From Octopus sinensis (Eukaryota), in assembly GCF_006345805.1 (NCBI RefSeq), contig NC_043006.1, positions 14,942,001-15,006,000 of the forward strand: a DNA stretch of 64,000 nt. Reading direction: 5' to 3'. Below the pieces are notes generated by a model, which did no database searches, was not told where the DNA came from, and was given only the letters and a program-made list of their open reading frames with translations. Position numbers and translations under genes: made by a program. Shown piece after piece: positions 37,516 to 52,251 of the stretch; position 1 is the stretch's first letter; every line of letters starts with the position of its first letter.

Positions 37516-38056
37516 CAAAAGGGACATTAGCCATTTGAATGTGGCTAGGGACCCAAGCCTTTCTGGTGACGTTGATGTTCGCCTGGGGCTAACAGTAACA
37601 CCCCCACCGCCCTGCCCTGTCCTAGCCACATTCAAATGGCTAATGTCCCTTTTGTTATGGAGCAGTTACTGTCTATATCTCGTTTAGAGAATTATTATTG
37701 CTGTCGAACAGATTTTCGAAATCAGTAAATGTATTTACGTGAAAATCTATATAGAAATATCCTGCACAGGGAGCCGTTCATCGAGGGGCGGTGCCTACAA
37801 TACGTTGACGAGAGGCAAACACCTCGAAACCTGGGTCTGTATGTGGCTTCCGCTTCTTCGGTGGATGATCTCCCTTTGCAGGATAGAGGACGCCGTGATG
37901 GTGTCAAGCCTTTCTGGTGACGTTGATGTTCGCCTGGGGCTAAATGCAACAGTAACACCCCCACCGCCCTGCCCTGTCCCTAGCCACATTCAAATGGCTA
38001 ATGTCCCTTTTGTTATGGAGCAGTTACTGTCTATATCTCGTTTAGAGAATTATTAT
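37513..38056 (+). mobile_element. (TA)n-flanked retrozyme-like element: short inverted 5' segment + ~1.4 copies of a ~358-bp unit
   Basis: 37513-37550 inverted to ~37621-37658; 37554-37697 repeated at 37905-38056; related to 59928-60781. Confidence 0.85.
37800..37842 (+). ncRNA. Type I hammerhead motif, UUGACGA core (U3 with G8)
   Basis: atacg-TTGACGA-gagg caaaca cctc-GAAA-cctggg-TC-tgtat. Confidence 0.7.
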
Positions 38057-38574
38057 ATATATATATATATTTCTACATGTATATATGGGTACAGGACATC
38101 ACCATCACCAACGGTTCAAACAACATAGAATACGTAAAAAAATGGAAAACAGAACAGGTAAACACAGAGAAACGAGAGAAACGACCTTTCATCAGTTGTC
38201 GGCTGTGTATCTACTCCATATTTCGAGCATTCAACGACAATTTGAGTCTTCAAAGACAGTTGCTCCCATAAATTATAAAATAAAGTTTAGGATTTATGGA
38301 GGGTCAAAGTTGGGAACAAAAAAAAATTGACAGTGGAGATATACGAGGAGCCCGAACGAAAACAAACATGGAGGGTCGTTAGACCAGAACGAGAGGAAAA
38401 TAGTGAACGGTGGGAGAAACTTTTTTTTGAAAAGAGAAAAGATAGAAGAGAGAGAAAAATGTCCGCTCTTTTGAACGTCCGTGCAGGAAAAGAAAGATGA
38501 TCACGTGAAGAAAAAAAAGATGGACGATGGTCACGTGTAGGCAACGAGAGAGAGAGAGAGAGAAAAAAAGAGTG

Positions 38575-38605
<31 letters not shown>

Positions 38606-38721
38606 GTAGAAAATGGTGAAGGAGGGAGGGGAAGAGGAAATTAGAGAAAGATGGAAGAAGAAAACAGTATAGAGAAGAGAGTCGCTTCATGTATATATAT
38701 ATGTATGTATGCATATATATA

Positions 38722-38766
<45 letters not shown>

Positions 38767-38796
38767 ATATATGCATACATACATATATATATATAC

Positions 38797-39307
38797 TGTG
38801 AGTGACCTCCTTCGGTCATGAATGACCATGGAATTGCACCTAGAAAGTTACCCTCCGAGGCACAAGTCTGGCCAAGGTTGTTTATTGAAGACCAGCAATC
38901 GTCCACGCATACCAGCCTCTCCTCTCCACGCCACCGATATTATCCAAGGCAAAGGCAAAGGCCGATATAGCTTGGCACCCGTGACGTCGCAGCTCATTTA
39001 TTAACGTGCAAGTGGCTGATCACTCCACAGACACGTGTACCCTTAACATAGTTCTCGAGGAAATTCAGCGTGATACAGAGTGTGACAAGGCCGGCCCTTT
39101 GAAATACAGGTACAACAGAAACAGGAAGTAAGAGTGAGAGAAAGTTGTGGTGAAAGAGTACAGCAGGGTTCACCACCACCCCCTGTCGGTGCCTCGTGGA
39201 GCTTTAGGTGTTTTTGCTCAATAAACACTCACAATGCCCCGTCTGAGAATCGAAACCGCGATCCTACGACGCGAGTCTGCTGCCCTAACTACTGGGCCAT
39301 TGCGCCT

Positions 39308-39309
<2 letters not shown>
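38797..39309 (-). mobile_element. Chimeric SINE: SINE-C head and body joined to SINE-D tail at ~38999
   Basis: 38999-39309 matches SINE-C; 38797-38998 matches the 3' part of 17257-17497. Confidence 0.75.
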
Positions 39310-39352
<43 letters not shown>

Positions 39353-39384
39353 ACACACTCACACATACATACACACATATATTC

Positions 39385-39925
<541 letters not shown>

Positions 39926-40189
39926 GTGCCAAGAATTCCTGTCAATAATACGGGCCATATGCGTTTAATTTGTCCCAGAGACAGGAGAGTCTTTGTGAAA
40001 CAGAGAATAAAAATCTCCAATCGCTTAAATAAACTACTTAATGACAGCGAGAAATTCCTCCTCAAAGAAGCGTTCTTAGTGATGGAAAATAAACTCAGAC
40101 TCCCCCATAAAAAAAGAAAGGTGAAGGAAGAGAAACCAGGCGGTGAAAGATATAAAAATGAATTCTAAAGCCTTCTACAATTTTGAAAA

Positions 40190-40985
40190 AGAATCTGTCT
40201 CGGTGCACTCCAACTTAGGATCACTGTTTGAAGAAGACGGATCACTAACTGTAGATCCATGAGGGTAAGTGACGCGCTAAGTAAACAATTTCGAAGTGTC
40301 TTGACCTCTCCATTGGGAAATATGCAAATAAGCGAGCCTGATGAGCTCTTCATCATTGCAGATTTACATGGGTAAGAGGTAACCATCAATTACCACGACA
40401 TAAATGAGAAAAAATGTAATATCAGCCATTGAGGAGAAGAACTCGAACTCAGTAACGGGCCCAGATGGATTTCCAGCCGCTCTTGTGAAGAGATTCATGA
40501 AAAGCCTACGCAAAACCACTTCAAATACTTTTTCAGTGTTTCCTGGCATGTGGTAAACTTCGAGCTCACATGTGGATGTAATATATCTCGACTTTTCCAA
40601 GGCCTTCGACAAAGTTGATCACAAAATGATGTCATAAACTGTGTGACCTTGGTATCATTAGAAAATTGGGAGAAGGCTGCATGACTTTTTAAGATACAAA
40701 CGTCAGACAGTTTCTGCCATTAGAGCTCTCTCTGGGGATACAGAGAGCTTTACTGAAACCACTGCTGTTTGTTGTGGCTCTTTCAGACATGACCTTAGTC
40801 ATACAGCCAACCAATCTCACGAGTTATGTTGGTGATACAAGAGTATCACTGGCGTTCAAATACCCTGATAACATTAAAAAACTGTGGGAAAACCTGAATA
40901 GAATATGCAGGCGGGCTGATGAAAATAATATGCAGTTCAATGTTGAGAAGTTTAAAGCACTCCACTGTCGATCCACAAACAAAAT
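40190..40985 (+). pseudogene. Heavily decayed CR1-group LINE RT fragment
   Basis: GPDGFPA, VDVIYLDFSKAFDKVDH, SYVGDT (YADD-like), NNMQFNVEKFK. Confidence 0.8.
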
Positions 40986-40996
40986 TTATATATATG

Positions 40997-41103
<107 letters not shown>

Positions 41104-41470
41104 TCTAAACACAGCGTTGTAACGATACACACAAAGAAACAAGCCAAGAAACGTTTCAAAACAGTTTACGAAAAAGACAAACGCCGCTCGGTACGTATGT
41201 TTTAAATACAGTTTGGAGAATTAAAAACAACCTGAAATGAAAGATTACTCAAACTGCGAACCACTTATAATTTAATTCTGACAAGACTTTGCCGAAACTT
41301 CTAAAGAAGGTCATTGTCTATTTTGAAAACCAAATACAAATATCAGTGAATAGACAAAATCATCACGGCTAAACATATATGTCTCCCTTGACCAAATCGT
41401 GACTATAGTCACTGCGTACAATGTACCTATGATTTTAACAAAGATTAATATGAAGCGTATATACAATCTA

Positions 41471-41782
41471 AGTGGAGGCACATGGCCTAGTGGTTAGAGC
41501 AGCGGACTCGCGGTCGAGGGATCGCGTGTTCGAATCTCAGGCCGGGTGATGTGTGTGTTTATGAGCGAAACACCTAAGCTCCACGCGGTTCCGGCAGAAA
41601 GTAATGTCGAACTTCTGCTGACTCTTTCGCCACAACTTTCTCTCACTCTTTCCTCCTGCATCTTGCAGCTCACCTGCGTCGAACCGGTGTCCCGTCCACG
41701 TGGGGAACCTATTCGCCAAAGAAACCGGGAAACCGGCTTTTATGAGCCAGGCGTGGCTTGAGAAGGAACAAACAAAAATAAA
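41471..41782 (+). mobile_element. SINE with SINE-C-type head and body but a different 3' tail
   Basis: gtggaggcacatggcctagtggttag head; ccacaactttctctcactct body; tail gaaaccgggaaaccggc...gagaaggaacaaac. Confidence 0.8.
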
Positions 41783-41987
41783 TATATATACAATCTGACC
41801 CCCCAAAAGTTCGGCTTTATGCAATGGATTAAATATTTGTGCAGCTCCAAACACCCAAAGCTTTAAATGAACAAGAAAAGCGTATCATTAAATGTAAATT
41901 AATACATCTAACAGAAATGTCTGATTCAAAGTAGGATGGCACTATAAAGCCAGCCATCGAAAATAATCACCCTATTTCAACTGATAG

Positions 41988-42205
41988 TCATATGAAAATG
42001 TCCCTCGTTTAAGAAACAGATTGGGTTTATTTACATTTCTGAAGAAAAAAAGATACTCTTCCCCCCACCCCTAACACTAACACTAACTAACCCTAACCCT
42101 AAAACAGATTGAAATGCAATAGATCGATACTAGGGTCATAATTATGGGTGGCATTTTCATATGACACCGCCAGAAATTATTTTAAAAATCTGCCGGTCAA
42201 AGCCG
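41988..42205 (-). mobile_element. Truncated, diverged copy of the 29261-29687 MITE
   Basis: Reverse complement of ~29270-29465, including ctaaccctaaccct. Confidence 0.85.
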
Positions 42206-42861
42206 GTCAAAGGTTTATTCTTGCGTGAAAATATTTGACATATAGCACCGAGAACATCCTCACATGACATCAGGAAGACACAGAATCTAGAGAGGCGATT
42301 TGGTGATTCAAGATTAAAAAAATCTAAACTCCAAACTGCACCTGCTGAATCAACAACTCACAGCTACAGCTGAAAAACGAAAATCTACAGCATATAAATT
42401 ATTTGCCATGGATCCCAAATCAGTTTACCGTAGCTTCAATGCAAAAGGCTCAATCTCAGTAAAAGACACTCTTAACAAAATATCAGGTTGAGGTCTACTA
42501 GATATCTGTATAAGAAACAAGTGATGAGTTCGGCAAACAACGTATATGGGTAAAAGAACTGGATCAGGATTACTACCAGTATGTCCAGTATCAACGATAC
42601 GAAACAGACGGCAAAATACTGGAAAAAGTCCTACAGAAAATGTCAAACAGGAACCCCCCAGGCTCAGACCTCATAATAGATACTTACTGGCTGAAGAATT
42701 TCACCTACTATCGACAAGACCTTCTACGGTTATATGGAGAAAGTATCAAAGGCACACAAGAACCGCCCCAGTGCTTATCATCTGTAACTACTCCCCTCAT
42801 CTCCAAAAATAGCGAAATCACTCTTTTCTAAAAATTTCCGCCCAGTAATCTGCTAGAATAT

Positions 42862-43094
42862 CTATTTCTTTACTACCCACAAGGAGTTAAACACAGAGAG
42901 GACAAACAAGGACAGACAAACGGATTAAGTCGATTATATCGACCCCAGTGCGCAACTGGTACTTATTTAATCGACCCCGAAGGGATGAAAGGCAAAGTCG
43001 ACCTTGGCGGAATTTGAACTCTGAATGTAACGGGAGACGAAATACGGCTACGCATTTCGCCCGGCCTCCTAACATTTCTGCTAGTTCGCCGCCT
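42862..43094 (-). mobile_element. SINE-A monomer
   Basis: Consensus match. Confidence 0.9.
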
Positions 43095-43344
43095 TGAATA
43101 TCATATATTCGCCTTCTAGAATATCATGTACAAATACACTGAGTATGTTAGTCTGTTCTTGCAGGATCATAGTACCACCAACAAGCGAGCTGGAGGAAAG
43201 GAGGAGGCGTGGGGCAGTATACAGCAGTTACTAATTAACAAAATAGTTCAGGAGAAAAATAAAACAGTAAAAAATCGTAAGAAATTAACCGTAGTATGGT
43301 TGGACTATCAGAAGGGTTTTGAAAGTTTATTGCATGGTTGAAGT

Positions 43345-43530
43345 ATATGGTGTGGTGTTAGACTTCAAACCCTATATACAGTTAGCCAACTTAGTGGCTT
43401 TAATCTTCTCCGTGTTGGAAGGAAGATATGTGGTTGGCATAGCAATGTTTTAAATCACCTTCACGTAGTTCAATGTAGCTTTTCTTTTCGGTTATGTTAT
43501 TTTACAGTCAACCAATGTCGTATAACCACT
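43345..43530 (-). pseudogene. PLE GIY-YIG fragment paralogous to ~44935-45095
   Basis: Nucleotide similarity to the 44745-45400 element. Confidence 0.75.
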
Positions 43531-44744
43531 AGTGAGTGTTATGAACGCTTGACCAAAACTTGGCATATCATTTAGCTTCTTGGGAGTGATAAGGAAAAAA
43601 CTGTGCCGGAGAGTCATAAAAAGATAGAGCACTTCACTGACAAGAAAATACATGGGAATTTGGCATGAAGAACTCAAGCCATAGAAGGAATTGATCGTGT
43701 CAAAAGCTTGGGATGGAGTACCGACAAGTTTATGAATCCTCCTTCGAAGGTTACCTCCATGTAATTCAAGAAGAGATTCCCACCAAGGACTTACAGCATA
43801 AGAGGCAGAAAACAAATATAGGGTGTGCATGACCAAGACTAAAGAACTCACCACATTATTGCCAACTGCTTGAGCATATTTTCCGGATATTATCTTCTTC
43901 TCATGAGGCACAGTGCGGTGACTAGAACAGTATGGAACAGGATAAGAAAAAAGAAAACATTTACAGATGATGCTGACTATACTGAGACCAATGAGTCAAA
44001 AGAATATTGGTAGGAATTAAAAAATTAAAACAGCCACCAAGTCAAAACACAACCGACCAAATGTTATTGTGTGGGACGACAAGGAAAAGATATGTTCTGT
44101 TGTCGAAATCAGTTGCCCTCTGGAGCCAATGTGGTTAGAAAGGTACAAAAGAAAGAGGACATCTATAGGCCATTCATAAGGTGCTTGCAAATCCAGTACC
44201 TAAGATACACTTTTGGCTCCATATCTATTATTATTGGAACAATAGGATACATACTAACCCATCTGGAGCAAAGTATGGCTGAACTTGGGTTGTTAGGTAG
44301 AGAACGCAGGTCATATACTGCAAATGATCACGATACCTGGGACTATAAAAATTTGCAAACCTTAAGATTTAAAAGATGATGAACAGAACAAGATGTTTTC
44401 CTTCCCAACCTTTCCTACCAAGAAGATGGACGGTCAAAATTTTCTCTAAATTAAAAAGAAAAAGAGAAGCGTACACATACATACATAAGCGTAAATACAC
44501 GCATATGTGTGTGTTTGCGTGTAAGTGCATGGTGTGTGCCTGTTCAATTCTTGGAGAGTTACAGGACAATGAGATTGTAGAAAAAACGAGATAAGGCGTT
44601 AGAGAGTAGATATAAAATGTAAGTTGAAGAAACAGATAACGAAAAAAGAAAACAGAAGAAAGAAAGAGGGGGAATAAAGTTCTCAAGCTGAATGGATAGT
44701 GGGCTAGAGTCCGCGGTGCAGGTGCTCAATCTGGAGAGGATGGT

Positions 44745-45400
44745 ATTTTTCAATTCTCCAACAGGAATTTATCCATATGTTTACTACTTCTGGAAATTTC
44801 AGATCTGGAATTCTGCAGTGTGGTGGAGTTCTTAGATCTGAAAACGATCTGTGTACTTTCAGCTACGCATTGCTTATATTTTTTTTGATCCGTTGACATA
44901 TGGTGCAGATTTTTCAACTATTTCCCACTTAATTGTATATGGTGTGGTGTTAGACTTCAAACCCAATATGTAGCTGGCCAACTTAGTGGCTTTAATCTTA
45001 TCCCCGTGTTGGAAGGAAGATATATGGTTCTCATAGCAATTTTTTAAATCGCCTTCACATAGCCCAATGTAGCTTTTCTTTTCGGTTATGTTATTATCTA
45101 GCATTGCTGTAACTTCTGAATCATATATGACGGATTTAATCATGCATCTCTGATCGAGTGGTCAGGTTCCTGGATATCGACAGTTACAACTGGAAGTAAA
45201 GCTCCTGGTGGTGTTTGCGTATTGTGGAAGCAGCTATATAATAACTTAACTGAACATCTGTTGAATATTTTTTATATCTGTGATTTTCTGGAAAATGTTT
45301 GTCTAAGAGCCTACTTCTAGTTGCATTTAACAAATTCAATTAAGACTCTACTAAAGTAGGGTTTCTATGATATGTATTAAGCCACTTAAAATTGTTGAAA
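44745..45400 (-). pseudogene. Penelope-like thumb + GIY-YIG remnant
   Basis: LLDKHFPENHRY; ORF 44874-45143 SVIYDSEV...KSYIGLCEG..K..YENH..SF...TKLASYI...IKWEIVEK; EISRSSKHMDKFLLEN. Confidence 0.85.
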
Positions 45401-45693
45401 TATGTCACACAGCACTGTGTATAGAGTATAATGTTTATAGTATGCAAGAAATTAAGGAACATGATATTATTTTACAGATGGAGATACAATTTTAAAGCAG
45501 AGTATATTTAAACTTTATCCACTTAAAAAAAGTTAAGAGCAAAACTATGTATAACTCACTGTATGCAAATTAACCAACTCCCAAAGCAGTGTCTATTTTA
45601 CATATTTTATTTATATAGGGTACATGCACAGTATTCCCGGATTTCTGGAAATGGGTCAGAGGTCCGATGTTGTATACAGTATTGGCTGGAAAC

Positions 45694-45926
45694 AAGGCGG
45701 CGAGCTGGCAGAAACGTTAGCACACCGGGCGAAATGCTTAGCAGTATTTCGTCTGCCGCTATGTTCTGAGTTCAAATTCCGCCGAGGTCGACTTTACCTT
45801 TCATCCTTTCGGGGTCGATTAAATAAGTACCAGTTACGCACTGGGGTCGGTATAATCGACTTAATCCGTTTGTCTGTCCTTGTTTGTTCTCTCTGTGTTT
45901 AGCCCCTTGTGGGTAGTAAAGAAATA
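45694..45926 (+). mobile_element. SINE-A monomer with perfect 16-bp TSD
   Basis: agtattggctggaaac at 45678-45693 and 45927-45942. Confidence 0.95.
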
Positions 45927-46462
45927 AGTATTGGCTGGAAACCAAAGTATATTCTATAGAACAGTATAGCATCCATAAAGAGGCTACTTCGTTGTACTTG
46001 CCTCACTATGGTAAATATTATCACTATGGTAATTAATTATTATTCAGTTCGTGCCTGTGCAAGACAGCTTATGATTTCACTAAGCAGGAGGTCATGACAA
46101 GGCAATCGTTATCTAACACATTTACTTATAATAATAATAGATTCGATATTCATTATTATATCGGGGAAAAAGTCTTTATTATTTATCCTCGAACTTTGTC
46201 TCTCTTGATCAAGTAGACCTATAATCAATGGCTTACCAACCTTTATCTCTCGACACCTTTATATTCTTAATGGCTCGACATAGGTTCTTTTTTTTTTATC
46301 ATATCACACTCTAGAAGGTGTGTGTGTGAGTGAGTGTGTCCGTGTGTGTATGTATGCGTATGAGTATATACTTCTATGGCAAAATATTACATATACGTAC
46401 GCATATACATACAAACAATATATGCGTATATATTACATATATGTGTGTGTAGTTGTATATTA

Positions 46463-46506
<44 letters not shown>

Positions 46507-46747
46507 ATATATATTATATATATATACTACAAAATTAGAAAATGGAGAAACATACTTAAATCAATAAAACATCAACTAACAGATGATACCCAATCAATAC
46601 TTTATTACACCATTACATATCAGTAAAGGCATTATACAATTGCTTGGCAACTTTTAACATCTATGTATTAGTCTTGTTGGGTACCTACCTAGCAGTATAT
46701 TGGATATATGTTATCCCATGGTGGGTTGAATTTTTCAACCCCTATCT

Positions 46748-47788
<1,041 letters not shown>

Positions 47789-47984
47789 CGAGAAGTTGAG
47801 GTTATAAGAGATAATGGTGTCATTGAGACCCAAAGGTGTCAGGTAATGCTGAATAAGTGCTATAGACAGACCATAGTTAAGTTCCAGATTCGGTAATATT
47901 GCGAATAAAAGATTCAACGTTGGTTCTATGTCAGTATGTGTATATAAGAATTTTTTGTGTAATGAGATAAAAAAAAACCAAGGA

Positions 47985-48710
47985 GAGGTCGGTTAGGGAA
48001 GATGGGCGAAGTGGAGGAGTCGGATTGGAGTTGCCGGAAGGCTCGGAGAATGGTGGGTTGGAGAGGTAGGGTGGTGGGGTGGTAGGTGAGGGGAAACGGG
48101 AGCCAGATGACGGCGGGGTGGGTGCAGGGGGGGAGAGAGTAATGCATGGTCCACGGAACGTGCTCTGGCAAGGGCGGTGTGGATAGTAGGATGAAGTGGT
48201 GAGCCATGAGCTGAAACTGAGTCTCAAAGTCATGGTCGTCACTACAGAGCCTGCGTAGACAGAGGAATTGGGAATAGTGGATGGAAAGCATGGTGTGTTT
48301 GGGGTGGGAGGAGGAGAAGTTGAGGTATGAGTGCGAGTCTGTGCGTTTGTAGTGGATAGAAGTGGTGAGAGTAGAGTGACGAATGCTGGGCGAAATGTCA
48401 AGAAAGGAGACAGAGGTGTCAGAGATAGTACAGAGGTGGAGGGCAGGATGGAAAGATTTGACAAAAGAGAGGAAGGAGTCTAGATGTTCGCGGTAGAGTG
48501 AGGTCGCACCGATACTGTCGTCAATATAACGACCGTATAGTTCAGGAGTGGAACCAGTGAAACTGGAGAATATTTGGGTTTCAACGTAGCCAACGAACAC
48601 GTTCGCATAGTTGTGGCCCATTCTCGTTCCCATGGTAACTCCCGAGTCCTGCTGATAAAAATCACCCGCGAACGAGAAGCAGTTAAGCGAGAGGACAAGT
48701 TCGAGATATA
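47985..48710 (-). pseudogene. Penelope-like reverse transcriptase fragment
   Basis: FYQQDSGVTMGTRMG..YANVF, GRYIDD, FLDIS, YKRTDSHSYLNFSSSHP, SQFLCLRRLCS. Confidence 0.92.
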
Positions 48711-48711
48711 G

Positions 48712-48742
<31 letters not shown>

Positions 48743-49321
48743 TGTATGTATGTATGTATGTATGTATGTATATAAACACATGCATGCGTGCACAAAGGGA
48801 GATAGAGAAAGATGTGGTGTGTATATTTGATGTGGTGTGTATATTTGATGTGGGGTGTATATTTGATGTGTACTTAGAAGATATGTAAATAACTCGTAGC
48901 ACCGTTACAGAAGACAGTGTACAATGGAAGTGGGTCGAAGAAAGAGCAAACGGGACCTTAGAACCTTAAACAAATTCCTTAGCAACTACTCAAACATAAA
49001 ACAATAGACGCCAATCAATACAATTGAAAAAATAACAAAACACAATATAATACAATAAAATAATAACATGTTACTTCCTCTCCCTGTCACATTAATTTTG
49101 TTGTTGATATTGGGAGGTCATCTGGTTACTTTGGCACAGTATATACTTGTATATAAATAGTCTACTCATTGCAGGCACTGTTTAATCATCGTGCACCTTA
49201 TCTTTCAATCTGTGTCTCTTACTTGTTTCAGTTACGGAACTGCAGCCCTACCAGGTTACCACCTTCAAGGATTTAGTCGAATAAATCTATTTTTTCATGT
49301 ATGTATGTATGTATGTTATGT

Positions 49322-49870
49322 CAGGTCACTTTCGAGTTCTGCTGGTATCATGTAACCCAGTACAACCTGTTGCATGGTCGGGTCGTCGGCGACTAAACCG
49401 GCAACCCCACCAAGCTTGCTTGGTGAGGAGGGTGTTTATTGGCCACCCTGCGGGATGAAAAACAAAACCCGTGAAAGGGCGGAGGAACTCTTGAGAGTCA
49501 ACGGCCATCCAATAAATGTCTTAAGGATGTATCATGCGCGGGGACATAAAAATAATCGGACTGAATACTCGATCGCGCGGTTAAACCATTGGGAGTGAAG
49601 GACTCCTAGCCTTTGTTAGGGCATCCTTCTAAGAGAAGGTAACTCAGGTAACTGGGATAACTCCGACATAAAGCCTGCGGCTCAGTGGTTACCGATGATG
49701 TTGACTTGTTCTTCTTTTCGGATTATGGCTGCTGTTGCTTAGTGAGTGAGATTGACTCAGGGCACAGCCTTTCCCGACTTTAAAAAAAATCTTCTTGCAC
49801 AGGCATTGCACGATAACAACATTGATTAAGCTTCGTGCAATGGCCATACTCGATAACGAGGGGGCAGCCA
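49322..49870 (+). mobile_element. Probable RTE-type LINE 5' UTR-like segment
   Basis: GC-richer, hairpin-rich; motifs ggcgactaaaccggcaacccc and ctaagagaaggtaactc resemble RTE 5' UTRs (recollection only). Confidence 0.35.
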
Positions 49871-49957
49871 ACATGTATGTATGAATGTATGAATGTATGT
49901 ATGTATGTATGAATGTATATAAACACATGCACACGCGCACAAAGGGGGATAGAGAAA

Positions 49958-50142
49958 GATGTGGTGTGTATATTTGATGTGGTGTGTATATTTGATGTGG
50001 TGTGTATATTTGATGTGGTGTGTATATTTGATATGGTGTGTATATTTGATGTGGTGTGTATATTTGATGTGGTGTGTATATTTGATGTGGTGTGTATATT
50101 TGATGTGGTGTGTATATTTGATGTGGTGTGTATATTTGATGT
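49958..50142 (+). repeat. 18-bp minisatellite gatgtggtgtgtatattt x~10 (x~3 in paralog 48811-48870)
   Basis: Direct reading. Confidence 0.95.
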
Positions 50143-51322
50143 AAATTACTCGTAGCACAGTTACAGAAGTCAGTGTACAATGGAAGTGGGACGAAGAAAG
50201 AGCAAACGGGACCTTAGAACCTTAAACAAATTCCTTAGCAACAACTCAAACATAAACCAATAGATGCCAATGAAAAAATTTTTAAAGATAACAAAACACA
50301 ATATAATACAATAAAATAATAACATTTTACTTCCTCTCCCTGTCACATTAATTGTGTTGCTAATCATCAGGTTAATTTGGCACAGCCACTAATACTTTGT
50401 AAATAAATACTCTAATCATTGCAGGCACTGCTTAATCACCATGCACCCTATCTTTTAATCTGTGTCTCTTACTTGTTTCAGTTATGGGACTGCAGCCCTA
50501 CTGGGCTACCACCTTGAAGGATTAAGTCAAATAAATCTATTTTTTTGGCGTCTTTTTTTGTTTTTTTTTGTTTTAAAGTTTGGTACTTATTCTTTGGGAC
50601 TGTTTTGCCGAACCGTAGGTTACGTGGCCGAAAATAAACACGGGCTGTCAAACAGTGGTGGGGTACAAACATAAATGCAAACGCGTGCGCACACACACAC
50701 AAGACAAGGTATAAATAATGGTCATTACATGTTTTTCCAGTGTAGACTGAAAATAAATATGTATGCATATATGTATATATATGTAGTGGCTTCATGCATG
50801 TATGGCGTGGATTCGATCCTCGATCGCCAAATTTCACTTAACCGTTCAACAGCGCTTTTCTCACGGTAAAACAATAGTTTTTCTGAGTGCCAGCAGTCAC
50901 ATTTGCCTGATGCCTTTGCTAAGCAGAATAATGTCTTTGTCACTTGACCCTTCTAACCTCTTCTAGGCCACCAAAAACTAGAATAGAGATAACAGATCGC
51001 CAACGAAATCTATTGTTCTCAACGATATGTCTATCTTTCTGGCTGGTTTTGGATAGTTATAAAAACAAGAACTCCAAGTCAGTTAGAACCGAGTCTAGCT
51101 GACCGACTGAACAAAACACTGTCTCTAATGGAAATGGCACAAAGGGTCAACTATGGTAACTCACCAACGCAGCAGTTGTTTCGTCCCACCACTATAACTT
51201 TCACTAGCTCAATTTCTTTTCTTACAACATCATTCTAACACCAACCCACTTTATAGGCGTTACATTGGTGACCCAAAACTATAACGTATACTATTTCCGT
51301 TACACATACATACATACATACA

Positions 51323-51423
<101 letters not shown>

Positions 51424-52191
51424 ATATGTATATAGAGTAAGCACAAGTGTGTACGTACACCGCTATATGTATATATAAATATAATAACATGAAACAAAAA
51501 CACAATAGAGGACAATAAAACATTCGGACAGATAGGCGATACAAAGGCGGACAGGAAAAACAATTAGAAGGGCAAGGGGGGGGGAGGACGGGTCATTCGT
51601 GACCTTCTTTCTTCACTCAGTTACTAGATATCCTTACAGTTTCGGGGAGTTACACCTGAGACTGTTCGAGCTGGATGCCCCCAAAAAAGTCTAAGCTAAG
51701 AGCATTAAATTTTATTGTAAGAAAGCTAGCAAATGTGTATTAATTATAATGGTTATTGACAATTTTGTCCTTTTTTCGGCATATTTGGCATTAGAATTTT
51801 TCTTTTGCCCTTATCTTGTAAATTATTTATAAATTTAACCTTTAAATGTATTTTTTGATATGCTGGCCAATTCATATTAATAGGGACAATCTGTTTCAAG
51901 CCACACCCAAACACCACATAAAAACAGGATATGATATTTTATTTGTCTATCAATCAATAGCAAATTTATTGACACCCGTGTGTGTGTGTTTTCATTTTAT
52001 TTTCATTCTTTTGATCCATGGTTACGTTTTACAGCAAATATATATATATATATATATATAATATATATATTGGTAAAACGGTAAGATAACAAAAGAAAGA
52101 AAGAGACCTCAATATTATGTAAATAGAGGAAATCTATCTATAAAATAATATGTTACATTACTCGATAGTAACATATTATTTTCAAATAGCC

Positions 52192-52251
52192 AGATAACCG
52201 AAGAGATGACGTGGATTCCCACTTCGGCATCTGAAACTCAGAGTTTTATCT
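52192..52251 (+). ncRNA. Type I hammerhead motif, CCGAAGA core, GUU site
   Basis: agataa-CCGAAGA-gatg..catc t-GAAA-ctcagag-TT-ttatct; 6-bp helix I. Confidence 0.68.

Larger units (their letters stand above)
42500..44370 (+). pseudogene. Decayed R4/Dong-type RLE non-LTR retrotransposon with nested SINE and PLE fragment
   Basis: WLKNF, QQLLINKIV, VVWLDYQKGFESLLH (RT), NRPNVIVW and SIIIGTIGYI (RLE region). Confidence 0.65.
48720..50545 (+). repeat. Older direct duplication (48720-49300 vs 49870-50545)
   Basis: Roughly 85% identical by eye; both carry the 18-bp minisatellite and a SINE tail remnant. Confidence 0.85.

Noticed and set aside
41273-41316. Hammerhead-like CTGACAA..GAAA-cttc taaa gaag-g-TC
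   Set aside because: C3/A8 mismatch, weak helix II, bulges in helices I and III; cannot be separated from chance
49826-50180. IKYTHH / YTPHQI repeat proteins
   Set aside because: Frames of the 18-bp minisatellite; frame not conserved in the paralogous copy
51624-51700. GAAAC-TG-TA motif on the minus strand in a PLE-like terminal region
   Set aside because: No recognisable CUGANGA-type core next to a helix I strand
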